Shown: positions 1 to 9,931, numbered from the stretch's first letter. The stretch: DNA of 64,000 nt from Cyanobacteriota bacterium (GCA_046052125.1 JBJOMY010000005.1:160001-224000); one strand, 5' to 3'. Translations and numbers: made by a program. The notes: generated by a model not told the origin, from the letters alone.

Positions 1-1
1 C

Positions 2-151
2 GCTGCCCTGTGGACCGATGGCAAGCCACCGACACCACCACCGTTTGACAACGCCCTTGAAGAAGGACTTCAAGTGGGACTGGACCTGAGCCGCGAAGAA
101 CGGGAATTCCACCAGGTGAGCCGCGGCCTGGTACTGCTGTTTCACAGCTAA
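2..151 (+). CDS. 3' end of a conserved cyanobacterial hypothetical protein (partial, runs off window)
   Basis: Open frame from the window edge: ...PPFDNALEEGLQVGLDLSREEREFHQVSRGLVLLFHS*, stop TAA at 149-151. Confidence 0.7.
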   Translation, partial: AALWTDGKPPTPPPFDNALEEGLQVGLDLSREEREFHQVSRGLVLLFHS

Positions 152-320
152 GCCCCAGACATCTGGCACTAGCCGATCAGGATTAAGCAGCCTGCATTCC
201 CAGGTCAGACCCAAACATTCAGGACCACCAAATAGCCGTTCCCCGGCAAGAAGAGGGGAGCGATTCAAAACAAGGTCTCAATAGACGGGTCTAACGACCT
301 TGCTTTGACGGCTTAAAAAA

Positions 321-405
321 CGGAGAGGGTGGGATTCGAACCCACGGAAGGTTGCCCTTCAAACGATTTCGAGTCGTTCGCTTTCGACCACTCAGCCACC
401 TCTCC
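321..405 (-). tRNA. tRNA-Ser(CGA)
   Basis: Reverse complement GGAGAGGTGGCTGAGTGGTCGAAAGCG-AACGA-CT-CGA-AA-TCGTT, long variable arm, GGTTCGAATCCC...CTCTCCG. CCA not encoded; followed by T6. Confidence 0.97.
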
Positions 406-441
406 AGGCGACTGGGGCAGTGTAGAGACCGACTGGTCGCC

Positions 442-2454
442 TCAGGCCTGGTGCCAACCGCTGGCTGAACCGGCAGCCGGCCACCAGAGCTTCCCTTGTG
501 CCAGGGCCGGGAGCTGGCGCTGCTCGGAAGGCCGTGGGCTGAAGCCCAACCAGAGCCCATCCACCCGCCGGGCAGCGGCCGCCTCATGCTCCCGCCAGCT
601 CCACCACGACTGGCGATCGGGCAGCAGCCCCCAGCGCAACCGGCCAGCCGCGAGCACCAATGCCTGGCTGTCCGCCGCAACCGCCTCCACCCCCAGGCCA
701 GCACTCGCCAACCGCTGGCCCTGGGCCAGGGCAGGACTGCCGTTCTGACCGGCTAACAGGCTGGGGGTGAGGGCCGCCCAGCAATCGGGTTGCTCTGGTG
801 GCAGCGGATCCAGCAGAAGGGCCCAGTCGTAGCGGCGAATGCCCAGGCCCTGAGCCAGCTGGGCAGCGCGACTGCAGCTCAGGCCATCGCCCCGGCGACT
901 GATCAGGGCAGATCGACCGGCGTGGCGGGCCACCAACCATTGGCGGCTGGCGTCGTGCACCAGCAACAGCTGATCGGCCAACAGCAGGTGCATCTGGGCC
1001 GCTGCCACCACCCCCAGCAACGCAGCTCCCCAACGGCGCCATCGCCGCGTAGACGGCAGCAACCAAGGCGCCAAGGCAACAGCGAGCAACAACGCGAGCA
1101 GCGGCGACAAACGTCCCAACGGGCACTCCGCCAGGGGTAACGCCGCCAGCTGGCGCACCAGCCACACAAACAACTGCGTGAGCGGCACCATCAGCCAACC
1201 CAGAGCCACGAGCAGCGGCGGGCACACCACAGCCGCAACCGCCATGGCCATGGCACCAAGGGTGAGCGGTGTGAGCAGGGGGGCCACCAGCAGATTCGAC
1301 GGCACAGCCCACAGCGGCAAAACGCCGAAGTGAAGGAGCTGCAGCGGCAGCGTCCAGAGCGAGGCGGCCACGGGCACCGCAAGGGCTCCTGCTGCCCAGG
1401 GCGGCCCCCAGCGCTGGAGCTGCTGCTCCAGAGGCCTGGCGCTGAGAATCAGGCCCGCCGTTGCCGCGGCGCTGAGCTGAAAGCCCACATCCAGCAACCA
1501 GGCGGGCCGGATCACCAACATCAGCAGCAGGCACAGCAGCATCACGGCGAGGGGACGACTGCAGCGCCCGCTCTCCTGCAACGCGAAGGCCACCGCCCCC
1601 ATCAACACCGCTCGAACCACCGACGGTTGCGGGCCGGCCAACAGCAGAAACCCCGCCATCGCCCCCAAGGCCAGGGCCCAGCGCAGGGGCGCCACCAGGC
1701 CCCGGGCCACCAGCATCACGGCCCCAAGCAACACCGTGAGGTGGTAGCCGCTGGCCGCCAGCGCATGGGACAAACCCGCCGCCCGGAACGCCTCCCGCAC
1801 CTCACTGGTCAATGGGCTCACCGCACTACCGAGCACCAAGGCCGACAGCACGCCACCGGCGTCTGGTCCGCCGATCGCTTGCAGAGCCGCGGCCATGCGG
1901 CGGCGCAGATCCGCCACTGGCGTGGCCTGGCGCTCCAGCACCCGCCAGCTCTCAACGCGCAGAGCGCTCCAGGCCTCCCGGCGCTGTAAGCGCTCGGCCG
2001 GCCCCGCCAGCAGCGGATGGGGAGCTGGCGGCAGCCGGCGCAACACACCCTGCAGCTGCAGCCGCCAGCCCTGGCGAAACGCCCCACAGGGACTGAACTG
2101 CAGTTCGCTGCGACCACCTGCCAGCGCAGCCAATGCCCGGCAACGCTGGCCCGAGGAATCGAGCTGGGGATCCTCGAGCAGCCGCGCCGTGACGGCGACG
2201 GGTTGCTCCATGGCGTCGGCTGGAATCCGCTGCACAGGATCGTTTGGGCCAGGCCGGGGTTGATTGAGCAGCCCCCAACCCCAGAGCAACAGCATCAGCA
2301 CCACCAGCGCGCAGCCCAGTCGTGGTTGGCGGCGAGCGAACCAGGCAACGCCACCTAGCAACAGGGCCAGCAAGCCGGCCTGGATCGGCCCAGCCAGTGG
2401 CAACACGCCGATGGCCAGCGCCAGCAGTGCACCGGCCAGAGCAAAGGCACCCAT
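442..2454 (-). CDS. comEC: ComEC/Rec2 DNA-uptake channel
   Basis: Multi-TM 670 aa protein with competence-domain motifs FRAAGLSHALAASGYHL, PSVVRAVLMG and DVGFQLS. Confidence 0.92.
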   Translation of the reverse strand: MGAFALAGALLALAIGVLPLAGPIQAGLLALLLGGVAWFARRQPRLGCALVVLMLLLWGWGLLNQPRPGPNDPVQRIPADAMEQPVAVTARLLEDPQLDSSGQRCRALAALAGGRSELQFSPCGAFRQGWRLQLQGVLRRLPPAPHPLLAGPAERLQRREAWSALRVESWRVLERQATPVADLRRRMAAALQAIGGPDAGGVLSALVLGSAVSPLTSEVREAFRAAGLSHALAASGYHLTVLLGAVMLVARGLVAPLRWALALGAMAGFLLLAGPQPSVVRAVLMGAVAFALQESGRCSRPLAVMLLCLLLMLVIRPAWLLDVGFQLSAAATAGLILSARPLEQQLQRWGPPWAAGALAVPVAASLWTLPLQLLHFGVLPLWAVPSNLLVAPLLTPLTLGAMAMAVAAVVCPPLLVALGWLMVPLTQLFVWLVRQLAALPLAECPLGRLSPLLALLLAVALAPWLLPSTRRWRRWGAALLGVVAAAQMHLLLADQLLLVHDASRQWLVARHAGRSALISRRGDGLSCSRAAQLAQGLGIRRYDWALLLDPLPPEQPDCWAALTPSLLAGQNGSPALAQGQRLASAGLGVEAVAADSQALVLAAGRLRWGLLPDRQSWWSWREHEAAAARRVDGLWLGFSPRPSEQRQLPALAQGKLWWPAAGSASGWHQA

Positions 2455-2512
2455 CCGCGCCGCAGCAACAGCAGTACTGGGAGTGTTCCCCTAGGGTTCG
2501 ACCGCGATCTCG

Positions 2513-3202
2513 ATGGCGATGCAGCGGCGGGTTCGGTGGCTGGCTCTGGGGTGCGCGCTCGTGCTGGCAACCGCTGCACCGGCGTTGAGTGAGCCGCGCA
2601 CGATCCAGGTGGTGGAGGGCGACACGCTCGAGCAGCTGGCGTTGCGTTACCGCGTAAACCTGCAGGCTCTGATCGAGCTGAATGGCATCCGTGACCCCAC
2701 GCTGCTGCAGGTGGGCCAGGTGCTGAAGCTGCCGGGTGCCCCCAACAGCCCCCAACGCGCGACCAGCGGCGAACTGGCACCGCCTCCGCCCGAGGGCAGC
2801 GGCGGTGAAGCAGCGGCAGCGCTGTTACTGAGCCCAGCGGAGCGGCGCGATCGAGCCGAGCTGGAGTGGCGCGAACAGTCGGGCCAGGCCCGCTGGAAGT
2901 GGTTCAACAGCACCGCCGTGGATTGGTCGGGCTGGAAGCTGCACCCCGGCGGTGTGCGCATCACCCTGGTGAAGCCATCGATCAGCGACCTGGGCCTGCG
3001 GGGGTCCGCCGCCACGGCCGTGGCTGTGCAGTGCGAATCCCTGCGCCAGAACTGGCGCATTGATGGCAACTGGCAGGGCTGGGACACCCCCACACCAGGA
3101 TCGGTGGGTCAGCGAATCGTGCTCGACCTCTGCAGCAACACCCTCGACGGCCCGGCCGTGCCGGTGCCGCAGCCAGACAGCCCTAAGCTCGGTCCGGCAT
3201 AA
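2513..3202 (+). CDS. LysM peptidoglycan-binding domain protein, exported
   Basis: Signal peptide followed by LysM motif VVEGDTLEQLALRY..LIELNGIRDPTLLQVGQVLKLP. Confidence 0.88.
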   Translation: MAMQRRVRWLALGCALVLATAAPALSEPRTIQVVEGDTLEQLALRYRVNLQALIELNGIRDPTLLQVGQVLKLPGAPNSPQRATSGELAPPPPEGSGGEAAAALLLSPAERRDRAELEWREQSGQARWKWFNSTAVDWSGWKLHPGGVRITLVKPSISDLGLRGSAATAVAVQCESLRQNWRIDGNWQGWDTPTPGSVGQRIVLDLCSNTLDGPAVPVPQPDSPKLGPA

Positions 3203-3210
3203 GGCACCCC

Positions 3211-3612
3211 ATGGGGTTCTCGCTTCAGGAGTTCTTCACCCCTTGGCTGAGGGGTACGCCGGATGCCCGCAAGCGGTTTCTACGAGATCCGCGGGGTGCC
3301 ATGTCCGAGATCGTCGGGGTTCCAAACGACATCGAGGTGGCGGTCTACACCCACGAGGGTGCTATCTGGTTCAGGGCCTCGATCCCTCGGGAACCCAGCC
3401 AAGAGGTGGGATCGCTAGGGGAGATGCGGATCAGCAATGAACGTCTACAGAAGTGCCCGGCGCTAGGGGTCTCCGGCAGCGAATTCATTGCCAACCACGT
3501 CGCGATCTTGGCGGAACACGGCATCCGGGTACCGGAGGACGTCCTGGTGGAGATCGATCCGACTCCGAAGGGCTTTATTCACTTCAAGGTTCCCCTCAAA
3601 CGCCTTATCTGA
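3211..3612 (+). CDS. Hypothetical protein with two nitrile-hydratase-leader (NHLP)-like repeats
   Basis: 133 aa ORF filling the gap between the LysM gene and glyQ. Segments RFLRDPRGAMSEIVGVPNDIEVAV and EFIANHVAILAEHGIRVPEDVLVEI..TPKGFIHFKVP resemble the NHLP/NHase-alpha leader pattern. Confidence 0.6.
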   Translation: MGFSLQEFFTPWLRGTPDARKRFLRDPRGAMSEIVGVPNDIEVAVYTHEGAIWFRASIPREPSQEVGSLGEMRISNERLQKCPALGVSGSEFIANHVAILAEHGIRVPEDVLVEIDPTPKGFIHFKVPLKRLI

Positions 3613-3616
3613 TTGT

Positions 3617-4489
3617 TCAGCTGGAGAGCAGCAGCGGGAAACCCAGCGCTTCGCGCTCTTCCAGCCAGGCCTCAGCCACCTGACGGGCGAGGTTGCGAAT
3701 GCGGCCAATGGTGGCGGTGCGCTCAGTGACCGAGATCACGCCACGGGCCTCCAGCAGGTTGAAGGTGTGGCTGCACTTGAGCACGAAATCCAGCGCCGGA
3801 GCAGGCAGCTTCTTCGCTACCAGATCCGCCGCCTCGGCTTCGTAGATGGCAAACAGCTGCTTGAGACGCTCCGGGTTAGAGGCCTCGAAGTTGTAGGTGC
3901 ACTGGCCCTTCTCAAACGGCAGCCAGATGTCGCCGTAGGAGCGCTTCCCATCCCAGGAGAGATCCCAGATGCTCTCCACATCCTGGAGATACATGGCCAG
4001 ACGCTCGAGGCCGTAGGTGATCTCGATTGACACGGGCCGGCAGTCGATGCCGCCGCACTGCTGGAAATAGGTGAACTGGGTCACCTCCATGCCATCGAGC
4101 CACACCTCCCAGCCCACACCCCAGGCACCGAGGGTGGGCGACTCCCAGTTGTCCTCCACAAAGCGGATGTCGTGGTCGGCGGCTTTGATCCCGAGGGCCT
4201 CCAGCGAAGCCAAATAAGTTTCCTGAATGCCGTCAGGGCTGGGCTTGATCAGCACCTGGTACTGAAAGTAGTGCTGAGCCCGGTTGGGGTTATCGCCGTA
4301 GCGACCATCCGTGGGACGCCGACACGGCTCCGGATACGCCACGGCCCAGGGCTCAGGACCGATCGCCCGCAGCACCGTATGCGGACTCATGGTGCCGGCG
4401 CCCTTTTCAGTGTCGTAGGGCTGCAGGATCAGACAGCCCCGCTCAGCCCAGAAGCGGTTGAGGGTGCTGATGATGTCCTGGAAATGCAC
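3617..4489 (-). CDS. glyQ: Glycine--tRNA ligase alpha subunit
   Basis: (M)[48 protein letters not shown]. Start placed at GTG 4489 to match the conserved N-terminus. Confidence 0.98.
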   Translation of the reverse strand: MHFQDIISTLNRFWAERGCLILQPYDTEKGAGTMSPHTVLRAIGPEPWAVAYPEPCRRPTDGRYGDNPNRAQHYFQYQVLIKPSPDGIQETYLASLEALGIKAADHDIRFVEDNWESPTLGAWGVGWEVWLDGMEVTQFTYFQQCGGIDCRPVSIEITYGLERLAMYLQDVESIWDLSWDGKRSYGDIWLPFEKGQCTYNFEASNPERLKQLFAIYEAEAADLVAKKLPAPALDFVLKCSHTFNLLEARGVISVTERTATIGRIRNLARQVAEAWLEEREALGFPLLLSS

Positions 4490-4623
4490 GAGTTGCTCCT
4501 GAAGGGGCCGGCGTGGGCGCGCTCGGCCACCGATTCTGCCCAGCGGCGGTTCCGCGCTAGGCACGAGCACCTACTGACGACCCCAGCAGAGCGCCGCAGA
4601 TTGAAAGCAGTTGCCGCTCTCAG

Positions 4624-4785
4624 ATGGGACCCGACCTCGGACTCGCCATCCTGCTGCCCGCTGCCCTGTTCAGCCTCGTCACGATCATCTGTTCAGCGCG
4701 GCAGGAGAACGAGGTCGAGCAGCATCGCCAAGCTCAGGCCACCAGCTGCAGCAATCCCATCTGGCCGCCAGCCAACAACCGGTGA
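4624..4785 (+). CDS. Small single-TM hypothetical protein (53 aa), not in ORF track
   Basis: ATG 4624: MGPDLGLAILLPAALFSLVTIICSARQENEVEQHRQAQATSCSNPIWPPANNR*. Hydrophobic N-terminus; fills the glyQ-ubiE gap. Confidence 0.45.
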   Translation: MGPDLGLAILLPAALFSLVTIICSARQENEVEQHRQAQATSCSNPIWPPANNR

Positions 4786-5450
4786 CGCGCGTGGCTGAAG
4801 CCCGCCTCCTGAGCGAGAGCTTCCTGCTCTGAACCCGTGGGGAAGCGCTGCAGGCTGCGCTCGAGATAGGCGTATTGATCCTCCAGCCCGGCTTGCCGGG
4901 CCAATGGCACCACCAACTGGCGCAAGTAGAAGCGCTGAAAAGCAGCCGTGGCGCCGCGGCCATTCGCCGGGCGATTGAAATCGAGCACCGCCGCGCGGCC
5001 ACCGGTCCGCAACAAGCGCCGCAACTCCTGAAGCCCGGCCGCGGGATCCGGCAGGTTGCGCAAGCCGTAGGCCATCACCGCGCCATCAGCCCAGCCATCC
5101 GCCAGAGCGGTAGCCGCCGCATCGCCCTGCCTGAATTCCACAGGCAGCCAGGGCTGGCGCCCAGCCCGCTCGCGCGCCCGCTCCAGCGGAGCGGCGGCGG
5201 CGTCCAGCCCAAACACCAGCCCTCCCGGTCGAACTTTTTCTGCCAACACCAGGGCGAGATCACCCGTGCCGCAGCAGAGATCGAGCAGACGCTGGCCAGG
5301 GGCTGGATCGAGCCAGGCGACAGACTGTCGCTTCCAGAGGCGATGCAACCCCAGGCTGAGCAGGTCGTTGAGGTTGTCGTAAGCGGGGGCGATGCGATCA
5401 AACAGATCGCGAACCTGCTCAGGATCGCCGGGTTGAATCGACACTGGCAT
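4734..5450 (-). CDS. ubiE: Demethylmenaquinone/phylloquinone methyltransferase (UbiE/MenG)
   Basis: VRDLFDRIAPAYDNLNDLLSLGLHRLWK, LDLCCGTGD, YGLRN. Start is approximate. Confidence 0.93.
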   Translation of the reverse strand: MPVSIQPGDPEQVRDLFDRIAPAYDNLNDLLSLGLHRLWKRQSVAWLDPAPGQRLLDLCCGTGDLALVLAEKVRPGGLVFGLDAAAAPLERARERAGRQPWLPVEFRQGDAAATALADGWADGAVMAYGLRNLPDPAAGLQELRRLLRTGGRAAVLDFNRPANGRGATAAFQRFYLRQLVVPLARQAGLEDQYAYLERSLQRFPTGSEQEALAQEAGFSHARHRLLAGGQMGLLQLVA

Positions 5451-5715
5451 CCCAGGGCAGGGAAATCGCATCGAGGCTGACACCTCCTGCTTGCAGCTGG
5501 GCCTCAATGCGATCAGCACTGGTGAAGGCCATCACCATCACCGCCGCCAAACCCACGGCGGCGGAGCACACCATGCAACCGGCCAACATCAAGGAGAACT
5601 CCTTGCGATCCGAGGCGGCCTGCATCAACTGCAGCGCCCAGGCCACCATCGCCACCACTACCAACACAATCACGACCGCCAGGGCCGTGGAGTGGGACTG
5701 GAGCAGGGCAGGCAC
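5419..5715 (-). CDS. Small two-TM conserved hypothetical protein
   Basis: Two hydrophobic helices separated by DRKEFSLMLAGCMVCSAAVGLA; sits between hisF and ubiE. Confidence 0.7.
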   Translation of the reverse strand: MPALLQSHSTALAVVIVLVVVAMVAWALQLMQAASDRKEFSLMLAGCMVCSAAVGLAAVMVMAFTSADRIEAQLQAGGVSLDAISLPWDASVDSTRRS

Positions 5716-5777
5716 AGCCGGGCGCTTTGGGTCTCTGAGACAAATGTAACGGCGCGTAACGCTGGAGCGCGTCAGCG

Positions 5778-6572
5778 TCAGCCGCTCACGCCGGCGGGCC
5801 GCTCCAGCGGGCGGATCGTCAGACCACGACCGAGCAGATCCGTCTTGATCTGCTCCACGGTGAGCACTCCGTCGTGCAGCAGGGAGGCCAGCAGGGCCGC
5901 CGAGGCGTGACCGCCCTTGGGGCCTGCATCCAGAGCCTGAGCGATGTGATCGATGCAGCCGGCACCGCCACTGGCAATCACCGGCACCTCCACCGCATCG
6001 GCCACCGCCCGGGTGAGCTCGAGCTCGTAGCCCGCCTGGGTGCCATCGCCGTCCATCGAGGTGAGCAAGATCTCGCCGGCCCCCAGCTCCACCACCCGCT
6101 GCGCCCAGGCCACCGCATCAAGGCCTGTGTTTTCGCGGCCGCCTTTCACGTACACATCCCAGCCGCCCTCACGGCGCCGGGCATCGATGGCCACCACGAT
6201 GCACTGACAGCCAAAGCGCTCAGCACCCCGGGCCACCAGCTCCGGATCACGCACCGCCGATGAATTGAGGCTCACCTTGTCGGCACCGGCGCGAAGCAGT
6301 TCGGTGATGCCCTCCACCGTGCTGATGCCACCGCCCACGGTGAAGGGAATCGTGACGGCTTCAGCGGTGCGGCGCACCAGATCCACCAACGTGGCGCGCC
6401 CCTGGTGGGAGGCGGCGATATCGAGAAACACCAGCTCATCAGCACCAGAGGCGCTGTAGCGGCAGGCCAGCTCCACCGGATCGCCGGCATCGCGCAGACC
6501 GACGAAGTTCACCCCCTTCACCACCCGGCCATCGGCCACGTCGAGGCAGGGGATGATTCGTTTGGCGACCAT
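5778..6572 (-). CDS. hisF: Imidazole glycerol phosphate synthase subunit HisF
   Basis: [41 protein letters not shown]. Confidence 0.98.
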   Translation of the reverse strand: MVAKRIIPCLDVADGRVVKGVNFVGLRDAGDPVELACRYSASGADELVFLDIAASHQGRATLVDLVRRTAEAVTIPFTVGGGISTVEGITELLRAGADKVSLNSSAVRDPELVARGAERFGCQCIVVAIDARRREGGWDVYVKGGRENTGLDAVAWAQRVVELGAGEILLTSMDGDGTQAGYELELTRAVADAVEVPVIASGGAGCIDHIAQALDAGPKGGHASAALLASLLHDGVLTVEQIKTDLLGRGLTIRPLERPAGVSG

Positions 6573-6634
6573 GGGAGAGAAGGAACAGCCGTGTGTCCGG
6601 GGGCTAACCTGGCGCCACTTTTGTCGCGCTGGAC

Positions 6635-6847
6635 ATGTCCCAGGCTGCCATCACCGTCGGCTCGAAGGTGCGGGTCACCCGGGTGCGCGACCGCATTCCC
6701 GCTGATCTCGTTGCAGCCCTTCAGGCCGATGCCACCGGCACCGTGAAGGACTTCAAAGTGACCGACGGGAAAGGCATCGGTGTGGTGGTGGAGCTGGCCA
6801 ATGGCACCACCACCTGGTTCTTCGACGACGAAATCACCGCAGCCTGA
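6635..6847 (+). CDS. petP: Cytochrome b6f subunit PetP (DUF2862)
   Basis: [42 protein letters not shown]; usual position upstream of chlG. Confidence 0.88.
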   Translation: MSQAAITVGSKVRVTRVRDRIPADLVAALQADATGTVKDFKVTDGKGIGVVVELANGTTTWFFDDEITAA

Positions 6848-6857
6848 AGCCGCCACT

Positions 6858-7853
6858 GTGAGCGACTCCCCAAGCGACTCTCCCAATCCCACCGCCAGCA
6901 CTGGCGCGGGAGCGCGCCAACTGCTGGGCATGAAAGGTGCCAGCGGCACCTCCAACATCTGGAAGATTCGGCTTCAGCTGATGAAGCCGGTCACCTGGAT
7001 TCCACTGATCTGGGGTGTGCTCTGCGGCGCCGCGGCCTCAGGCAATTTCCACTGGACCTTCACCGAGGTAGGAGCATCCATCGCCTGCATGGTGATGAGT
7101 GGCCCGCTGCTGGCCGGCTACACCCAAACGATCAACGACTACTACGACCGCGAGATCGACGCGATCAACGAGCCGTATCGACCGATTCCCTCCGGTGCGA
7201 TTCCCCTCTGGCAGGTGAAAGCCCAGATCTGGGTGCTCTTGCTGGCCGGTCTGGGCGTGGCCTACGGCCTTGATCTGTGGGCTGCTCACACCACGCCGGT
7301 GCTGTTCCTGCTCGCGCTGGGCGGCTCCTTTGTGAGCTTCATCTACTCAGCACCGCCGCTCAAGCTCAAGCAAAACGGTTGGCTGGGCAACTACGCCCTC
7401 GGCGCCAGCTACATCGCCTTGCCCTGGTGGGCCGGACAGGCCCTGTTTGGCCAACTCACCTGGACCACGGCTCTGCTCACGCTCGCCTACTCCTTGGCCG
7501 GCCTGGGGATCGCGGTGGTGAACGATTTCAAGAGTGTGGAAGGCGACCGGGCCCTGGGCCTGCAATCGCTGCCTGTTGCTTTCGGCATCGAGAAGGCCAG
7601 CTGGATCAGCGCCGGGATGATCGATGTGTTCCAACTGGCGATGGTTGCCGTGCTGATCGCGATCGGCCAGCATTTCGCCGCTGTGCTGCTGGTGTTGCTG
7701 ATCATTCCTCAGATCACCTTCCAGGACATTTGGCTGCTGCGTGATCCCGTGGCATTCGATGTGAAATACCAGGCCAGCGCGCAGCCTTTCCTGGTGCTCG
7801 GCATGCTCGTGACCGCTCTGGCCATCGGCCATAGCGATCTGGTGGTGATGTGA
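6858..7853 (+). CDS. chlG: Chlorophyll synthase
   Basis: RQLLGMKGA, IRLQLMKPVTWIPLIWGV, NDYYDREIDAINEPYRPIPSG, NDFKSVEGD. GTG start at 6858. Confidence 0.98.
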   Translation: MSDSPSDSPNPTASTGAGARQLLGMKGASGTSNIWKIRLQLMKPVTWIPLIWGVLCGAAASGNFHWTFTEVGASIACMVMSGPLLAGYTQTINDYYDREIDAINEPYRPIPSGAIPLWQVKAQIWVLLLAGLGVAYGLDLWAAHTTPVLFLLALGGSFVSFIYSAPPLKLKQNGWLGNYALGASYIALPWWAGQALFGQLTWTTALLTLAYSLAGLGIAVVNDFKSVEGDRALGLQSLPVAFGIEKASWISAGMIDVFQLAMVAVLIAIGQHFAAVLLVLLIIPQITFQDIWLLRDPVAFDVKYQASAQPFLVLGMLVTALAIGHSDLVVM

Positions 7854-9922
7854 CGGCCAAGCGCCGCCGCCCGCTGCTCCGAGCCGGCCTGATTGGGGCC
7901 GGAGCAGGGGTTGCCGTTTCCCTTGGCCAAAACCTGCTGGTGCAGGGGGTGGACGCGCTGCTACCCAACGTGCAGCGGGTGAGCAGCTACAACCGGCCCG
8001 GCACGGTGACGGTGCTCTCAGCGGACGGACAGGTGATCCAGAAGCTGGGCCCTGCCACGCGCGAGAAGTTGGTGAGCGGCCAGATGCCCCTGCTGGTGCA
8101 GCGGGCCTTCATCGCCGCTGAAGATCGCCGCTTCTACGAGCACGACGGCATCGATCCGGTGGGCATCGGCCGAGCGCTGATGCGCAATGTGAAACGCGGA
8201 TCGGTTGAGGAGGGTGCGAGCACGATCACCCAGCAGCTGGCGCGCACGGTGTTCCTGAGCCAGGACCGCACGATCATTCGCAAGCTGAAAGAAGCGCTGC
8301 TAGCCGGAAAGCTGGAGCGCCAGCTGAGCAAGCAGCAGATCCTCGAGCAATACCTCAATTACGTGTATCTGGGCTCGAGCGCCTACGGCGTTTCGGATGC
8401 CGCGTGGATCTATTTCTCCAAACGCCCCTCGGAGCTCACCCTGCCGGAGGCGGCCCTGATCGCCGGCCTGCCTCCGGCCCCATCGGTGTATTCACCGCTG
8501 GTGAATCCAGATCTAGCCCTGGAGCGGCGGGCCACGGTGCTGCGCCGCATGCGCGAAGCCGGTTTCATCGACGACCTGCAACTGCAAAGCGCCAGCGCCA
8601 GCCCCCTGCTGCTCAAGCCCGCTGAGCCGAAGTTCTGGACGAGCCGCGCTCCTTATTTCACCAGCTGGGTGGCGCAGGAACTGCCCAAGGTGCTCAGCCC
8701 TGAAGACCTCGAGGTGGGCGGCCTCACGATCCGCACCAGCCTCAACATGAGCTGGCAAGAACGAGCTCAGGCCACGATCAACAAGCACGCCCCCGGGGAT
8801 ATGGAGGGGGCGGTGGTGTCGATGGAGCCAGGCACCGGCCTGGTGCGCTCGATGGTGGGCGGCAAGGATTTCGACAAGAGCCAGTTCAACCGCGCCGCTC
8901 AGGCCCTGCGCTCTCCCGGCTCCACGTTCAAGTTGTTCGTGTATCTCACGGCCCTCAAGGAGGGCATGAAGCCGGAAGACGCGATCAACGACCGCCAGGT
9001 GTGTTACGCGGGCTACTGCCCGAAAAACTTCGGCAACCGCTACATGGGCACCGTGCCGCTCTGGGTGGCCCTGCAGAACTCGCTCAACACAGTGGCGGTC
9101 AGCCTGCTGAAGCAGATCGGCTTCGACAAGGTGATCGCCACCGCCAAGAGCCTGGGCATCACCCGTGAGCTGGGGCGCTTCTATCCCCTGGCCGTGGGCG
9201 CCACCGAGCAGACCGTGCTCGACATGACCGCCGCCTATGCCGCGATCTTCAACAGGGGCGTCTACGTGACGCCCACACCGTTTGAGGAAATCCTCGGCCC
9301 CAACGGCGAACTGCTCTGGAGCCGCCGCGTGGATGGCGACCGGGGCCGCCGGGCCGTACCAAGCGACATCGCCGACGCCATGCTCTGGATGCTGCAGCAG
9401 GTGGTGAAAGGCGGCACCGGCTACGGGGCCGTACCCCCCAATCGTCCGGCTGCCGGCAAGACCGGCACCTCCGAAGGGGGTCGCGACCTGTGGTTCATCG
9501 GCGGTGTGCCCCAGCTCGTGACTGGCCTGTGGCTCGGCTACGACAACAACAAGGAAACCAAGAGCACCAGCGCCGTCGCCGTGGTGGCCTGGGCGGACTA
9601 CATGGGCCCGATCCTCAAAGACCTACCGGTACGGCAGTTCCCACCCAAGCCGCAGCTGGCGGGCAAATTCGATCCACTCAAGGCGCTGAAGGGCAAACCC
9701 AAGGCGATGGAGCCCGCCGGAACGTCGGGAGCGACAACCGCACCCGCCACCACACCCGGCACGGCTCCCCAGGTGATCCCGGAAGGCACCCCCAGCGAAG
9801 CCAGCAGCGCAGAGCCTGCAACAGCCCCGGCTGGCGCAACCCCAGCGGCACCTCCTCCGGTGGACGCCGGGCCAACCCCGCCACCGCCGGTGGCACCAGC
9901 CGCACCACCGCCTCTGCCCTGA
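7850..9922 (+). CDS. Class A penicillin-binding protein (transglycosylase/transpeptidase)
   Basis: EDRRFYEHDG, GASTITQQLAR, SxxK (GSTFK), SxN (SLN), KTGT; Pro/Ala-rich C-terminal tail. Confidence 0.95.
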   Translation: MTAKRRRPLLRAGLIGAGAGVAVSLGQNLLVQGVDALLPNVQRVSSYNRPGTVTVLSADGQVIQKLGPATREKLVSGQMPLLVQRAFIAAEDRRFYEHDGIDPVGIGRALMRNVKRGSVEEGASTITQQLARTVFLSQDRTIIRKLKEALLAGKLERQLSKQQILEQYLNYVYLGSSAYGVSDAAWIYFSKRPSELTLPEAALIAGLPPAPSVYSPLVNPDLALERRATVLRRMREAGFIDDLQLQSASASPLLLKPAEPKFWTSRAPYFTSWVAQELPKVLSPEDLEVGGLTIRTSLNMSWQERAQATINKHAPGDMEGAVVSMEPGTGLVRSMVGGKDFDKSQFNRAAQALRSPGSTFKLFVYLTALKEGMKPEDAINDRQVCYAGYCPKNFGNRYMGTVPLWVALQNSLNTVAVSLLKQIGFDKVIATAKSLGITRELGRFYPLAVGATEQTVLDMTAAYAAIFNRGVYVTPTPFEEILGPNGELLWSRRVDGDRGRRAVPSDIADAMLWMLQQVVKGGTGYGAVPPNRPAAGKTGTSEGGRDLWFIGGVPQLVTGLWLGYDNNKETKSTSAVAVVAWADYMGPILKDLPVRQFPPKPQLAGKFDPLKALKGKPKAMEPAGTSGATTAPATTPGTAPQVIPEGTPSEASSAEPATAPAGATPAAPPPVDAGPTPPPPVAPAAPPPLP

Positions 9923-9931
9923 GCCAGTAGC

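Noticed and set aside
3211..3612. Functional nitrile hydratase alpha subunit
   Set aside because: Lacks the CxxCSC metal-binding motif, is too short, and has no beta-subunit gene.
9700..9922. Pro/Ala-rich low-complexity tail of the PBP
   Set aside because: Common disordered extension in class A PBPs; no exact DNA repeat.
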